From: an uncultured Myxococcales bacterium
GTDB lineage: Bacteria > Myxococcota > UBA4151
Direction: 5' to 3'
Length of the DNA: 24,024 nt
NCBI GenBank assembly: GCA_964013405.1
Contig: CAXGWI010000044.1
Span: 1-24,024 of the forward strand
Below, in pieces: positions 21,491 through 24,024 of the stretch (its first letter is position 1; each line of letters opens with the position of its first letter). The notes beneath the pieces are model-generated. The model did no database searches. It was not told the origin of the DNA and worked only from the letters and a program-made list of their open reading frames with translations. The position numbers were made by a program, and so were the translations under genes.

Positions 21491-23461
21491 TCAGGGCGAC
21501 CAGTTGTACAGGTAAGCCTGGCTCGCCAGCTGCCCGCCGGCATCCTCGGGGGCGTCTAGACCACCGAAGACGATGATCGTACCATCCCGCAATCGTGACA
21601 CCTTCGCACCCCAGCGAGGTTCTGGGAGGTCGCCGAGGACTTCTTCGTCCATCACCCAGTTTGCTCGTCCGCTGTTGGGGTCCACCTCGCTCTTGAGGGT
21701 GAGCAAACGGGCTGAGCGACTCCCGAGGCCACCGTTGGTGGCGCCACCGACCACCAAGATGGGGCAATAGGTTTCGTCATCCCGGCAGGTCAGCGGCAAG
21801 GCTGCCATGCCGCGACCCCAGTGTTCGCCCGCATTGCTGAGCCGGGTGATGGGCGAGTGGATCAAACTCCCACCCCGGTCACGACCGGGCACAGGCCCCG
21901 GGCTCCAGCGATAGAGTTCGGCAACGAGTTGAGCATCATCTGGCATTTCGTCCAGGCCACCGATGAAAACCACCAGTTGGTCATGAACAGAAACAGCGAT
22001 GCCATCCCGTCGAGGCAAAGCGAGGGGCTCGGCCCGGTCCTTGTCCAGGTAGGGCATGATGAAGGAGCCACTGTTTCGATCCTCGTACAGCAGGTGGCTC
22101 GCGGCGTTGGTGCTTCCTTCGAGGCCATCTTCACCCACGGCCCAGCCGCCCGCAATCAATGCGCTGCCGTCGCCAAAGTTGGCGACCATCGGGCGGAAGC
22201 CCAAGGGGGTCTCCCCCTGGCGGGACCGGAGCAGCGGCTCACTTCGAGTGGTGAAATGGTCCACATCGACGAGGACCATGGTGGTTGGGAGCACCGCCGA
22301 CCGAACAGGCCAGGGGGCCTGACGCCCACCTTTGACGCCGCCCAGAAGGGCCAGATGGTGCAAGCCGTGCTGTAAAGGCACGGCCCTGGGATAGAGTAAG
22401 CCCTCAAGGGCCGCGCTCATCCGGACGACGGGGTCGCTGATCTTCACCCCCTCATCGTCGGCATCGAAATAGAAGGCCAATCCTTGCTCTCCCGGCGGAT
22501 GCTCTGTGCTTCCCCCCAAGATGAAGGCCCGGTCCCGGTCGGTTTGGGCGTAAACCGCCATCGCTTGGTAGCGCGAAAGAAAGGCAGTGTTCCCCTCGAT
22601 GGCATCACCGTGGAGGAACTCCGTCGTCGAAGCCTGGTAATAGGCCAAGCCCGTTTCAAGGGCCGGGCCGAGCAGGCCGTCGTCGGTGGCTCCGCCCCCT
22701 CCAAATCCGCCATCAGGTTGGGGGCCCGCATCAACAAGGTCTGGGCCCGCATCAACAACGGGTCCCGCATCGATCATCCCCCCATCGCCGTTGCTGGCGT
22801 CCCTGGGCGACCCTGCGTCGGGAAATGGTAGCTCCGCCCCCCCGTCGTTGACTGGCCCACCGCCGTCTCCGAGACCTCCATTTGAGGCATCGGGGGCCGG
22901 CACCCCTGCGTCTTGTGCGGGGGCAACACCGCCAGCGCCACTGGGGCGCCGTCCACCGACGATGAGAAGGCCTTCACCCACGGCCGCCTGTTGGTGCCCA
23001 TAGCGGGCCAAACCAGCGGGGATGTCGACGGGAATCCAGCGATTGACGGGCAGGAAGTTGACCTCGACTGGGATCTTTTCTTGGTCTGCGTCCAACTGGC
23101 AACTGAAGGGTTCGGAGTGGCCCGTCGACACCACCTGTTCATCGGCCGCCAGGCCGGTCACAGCTAAGGTGAACTCCTCGTTCTCGCGGATCTCTAGGGG
23201 TTCACCAGTCACTGAGGTGGTCCCGGATTGATCCACGACGGGAAGGCGCCGTTCTTGGCTGCCATTCTCGCTCTCAAGACGAAGGCTAAGTTCGGTAATG
23301 GCCGGAGAGCCCTCGGGGCGGAGTGGGTGACCCAGGCTTGCAGGCAAGCGAAAGGAGAGGTGAATCTCGCAATGGGGGCCTGGGATTTGAATGATCTCTG
23401 CCTCTTTCGGACAGGCAGCCAAACCCAATAGAATGACCAGACCGATGACCAAACGACTCAT
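21491..23461 (-). CDS. Kelch-like beta-propeller lipoprotein with N-terminal beta domain and internal low-complexity insert
   Basis: Lipobox LAAC. Seven hydrophobic-GG blades: LLIVGG, FILGG, LALLGG, LIAGG, VFIGG, LVVGG, IVFGG, several preceded by (P)R.G. ATGA overlap with the upstream gene; stop abuts the coaE stop. Confidence 0.75.
   Translation of the reverse strand: MSRLVIGLVILLGLAACPKEAEIIQIPGPHCEIHLSFRLPASLGHPLRPEGSPAITELSLRLESENGSQERRLPVVDQSGTTSVTGEPLEIRENEEFTLAVTGLAADEQVVSTGHSEPFSCQLDADQEKIPVEVNFLPVNRWIPVDIPAGLARYGHQQAAVGEGLLIVGGRRPSGAGGVAPAQDAGVPAPDASNGGLGDGGGPVNDGGAELPFPDAGSPRDASNGDGGMIDAGPVVDAGPDLVDAGPQPDGGFGGGGATDDGLLGPALETGLAYYQASTTEFLHGDAIEGNTAFLSRYQAMAVYAQTDRDRAFILGGSTEHPPGEQGLAFYFDADDEGVKISDPVVRMSAALEGLLYPRAVPLQHGLHHLALLGGVKGGRQAPWPVRSAVLPTTMVLVDVDHFTTRSEPLLRSRQGETPLGFRPMVANFGDGSALIAGGWAVGEDGLEGSTNAASHLLYEDRNSGSFIMPYLDKDRAEPLALPRRDGIAVSVHDQLVVFIGGLDEMPDDAQLVAELYRWSPGPVPGRDRGGSLIHSPITRLSNAGEHWGRGMAALPLTCRDDETYCPILVVGGATNGGLGSRSARLLTLKSEVDPNSGRANWVMDEEVLGDLPEPRWGAKVSRLRDGTIIVFGGLDAPEDAGGQLASQAYLYNWSP
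22722..22775. repeat. Imperfect repeat encoding (V/I)DAGP x3
   Basis: GGGCCCGCATCAACAA occurs twice, followed by GGTCCCGCATCGAT. Confidence 0.75.
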
Positions 23462-24024
23462 GGGATCTCCACCGATAGGCCCAAGGTGGGGGGAAGCGTT
23501 TGACTGACCGCTGGGGGCTCGTAGTTGTGATAAAGCACTGCTGCGACACCCCCTCCAACGACGAGCAGCACCCCCGCCGCAATGAGGTTTGATTTACTCT
23601 GGCGTGTCCGCAGGCGGGGATGGACCGGTAAATCGAGCCCATCGCCGCGGTAGCGAGACTGGCGCAATCGGCGTTCTCGGCTTCGCTGACTCTCCCTCTG
23701 CGGGCGTTGGACCTCTGGCGTCCGGTAGACGCCATCAGCGAGGGCTTTCGATAGGGTCCCGGAACTAGCCTGCTTGAGGGCGAGAAGGACGTCCTTCGAA
23801 CCCAGCAGGCCATCGGTGAGGAGGGTCCCGACGCCGACGAGTTTGCCCGAGGGTTGGATGGCAGCGATGCGAATTTGCACGCGACCATCGTCTTGGCGCC
23901 CCAGGCTTGGGAGCAGACCGATGGTTGAGCCAGCCTCGCGGGTGGCCTTGCCGGCGATGTCGAGGATCTTCGTTTCCGGGGCCAGTTCCTTGAGGGCATC
24001 GTTGAGTTCGGTGAGACGGCGGTG
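23458..24024 (-). CDS. C-terminal part of a hypothetical membrane-associated protein (5' end outside window)
   Basis: The frame stays open from 23880 to the window edge (HRRLTELNDALKELAPETKILDIAG...). Has a glycine-rich hydrophobic segment LIAAGVLLVVGGGVAAVLY and a terminal strand-like LGLSVEIP. Confidence 0.7.
   Translation of the reverse strand, partial: HRRLTELNDALKELAPETKILDIAGKATREAGSTIGLLPSLGRQDDGRVQIRIAAIQPSGKLVGVGTLLTDGLLGSKDVLLALKQASSGTLSKALADGVYRTPEVQRPQRESQRSRERRLRQSRYRGDGLDLPVHPRLRTRQSKSNLIAAGVLLVVGGGVAAVLYHNYEPPAVSQTLPPTLGLSVEIP

Noticed and set aside
21488..21493. Convergent stops of coaE and the Kelch-like gene with no spacer
   Set aside because: Common in compact genomes, and no terminator or antisense feature can be supported.

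Overview
High-GC bacterial chromosomal window. The surface-protein families and the Asp/Gly-rich lipoprotein linkers suggest a Myxococcota or deltaproteobacterial relative (inference). Bases 1-11057 (+) hold the distal dcw cluster: 'murD-ftsW-murG-murC-murB-like-ftsQ-ftsA-ftsZ, with no ddl, then cinA/pncC and a second, divergent ftsA paralog. The main observation is that the two FtsA proteins have complementary motif losses. FtsA1 keeps the ATP motifs and the membrane helix but has lost the FtsZ-tail-binding residues (E. coli D242/R300/E303 equivalents). FtsA2 keeps those residues but has degenerate ATP motifs and no clear membrane helix. In the same operon MurB has lost its catalytic Ser and FAD motifs, FtsW has active-site substitutions and a Cys-bounded insertion, and FtsZ has a ~250-aa linker and an atypical tail. 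Bases 11090-24024 are mostly envelope genes: tandem-FHA membrane protein, TPR lipoprotein, Cys-rich lipoprotein, Ig-repeat/VWA lipoprotein, M23 peptidase with a polybasic tract, 49-aa ORF, bfd with a Fur-like box, RCC1 lipoprotein, engB, tetraheme cytochrome c, coaE, Kelch-like lipoprotein and a truncated membrane protein. No rRNA, tRNA, CRISPR array or mobile element was seen. All assignments come from motif reading and alignment by eye against remembered consensus sequences; no searches were run.
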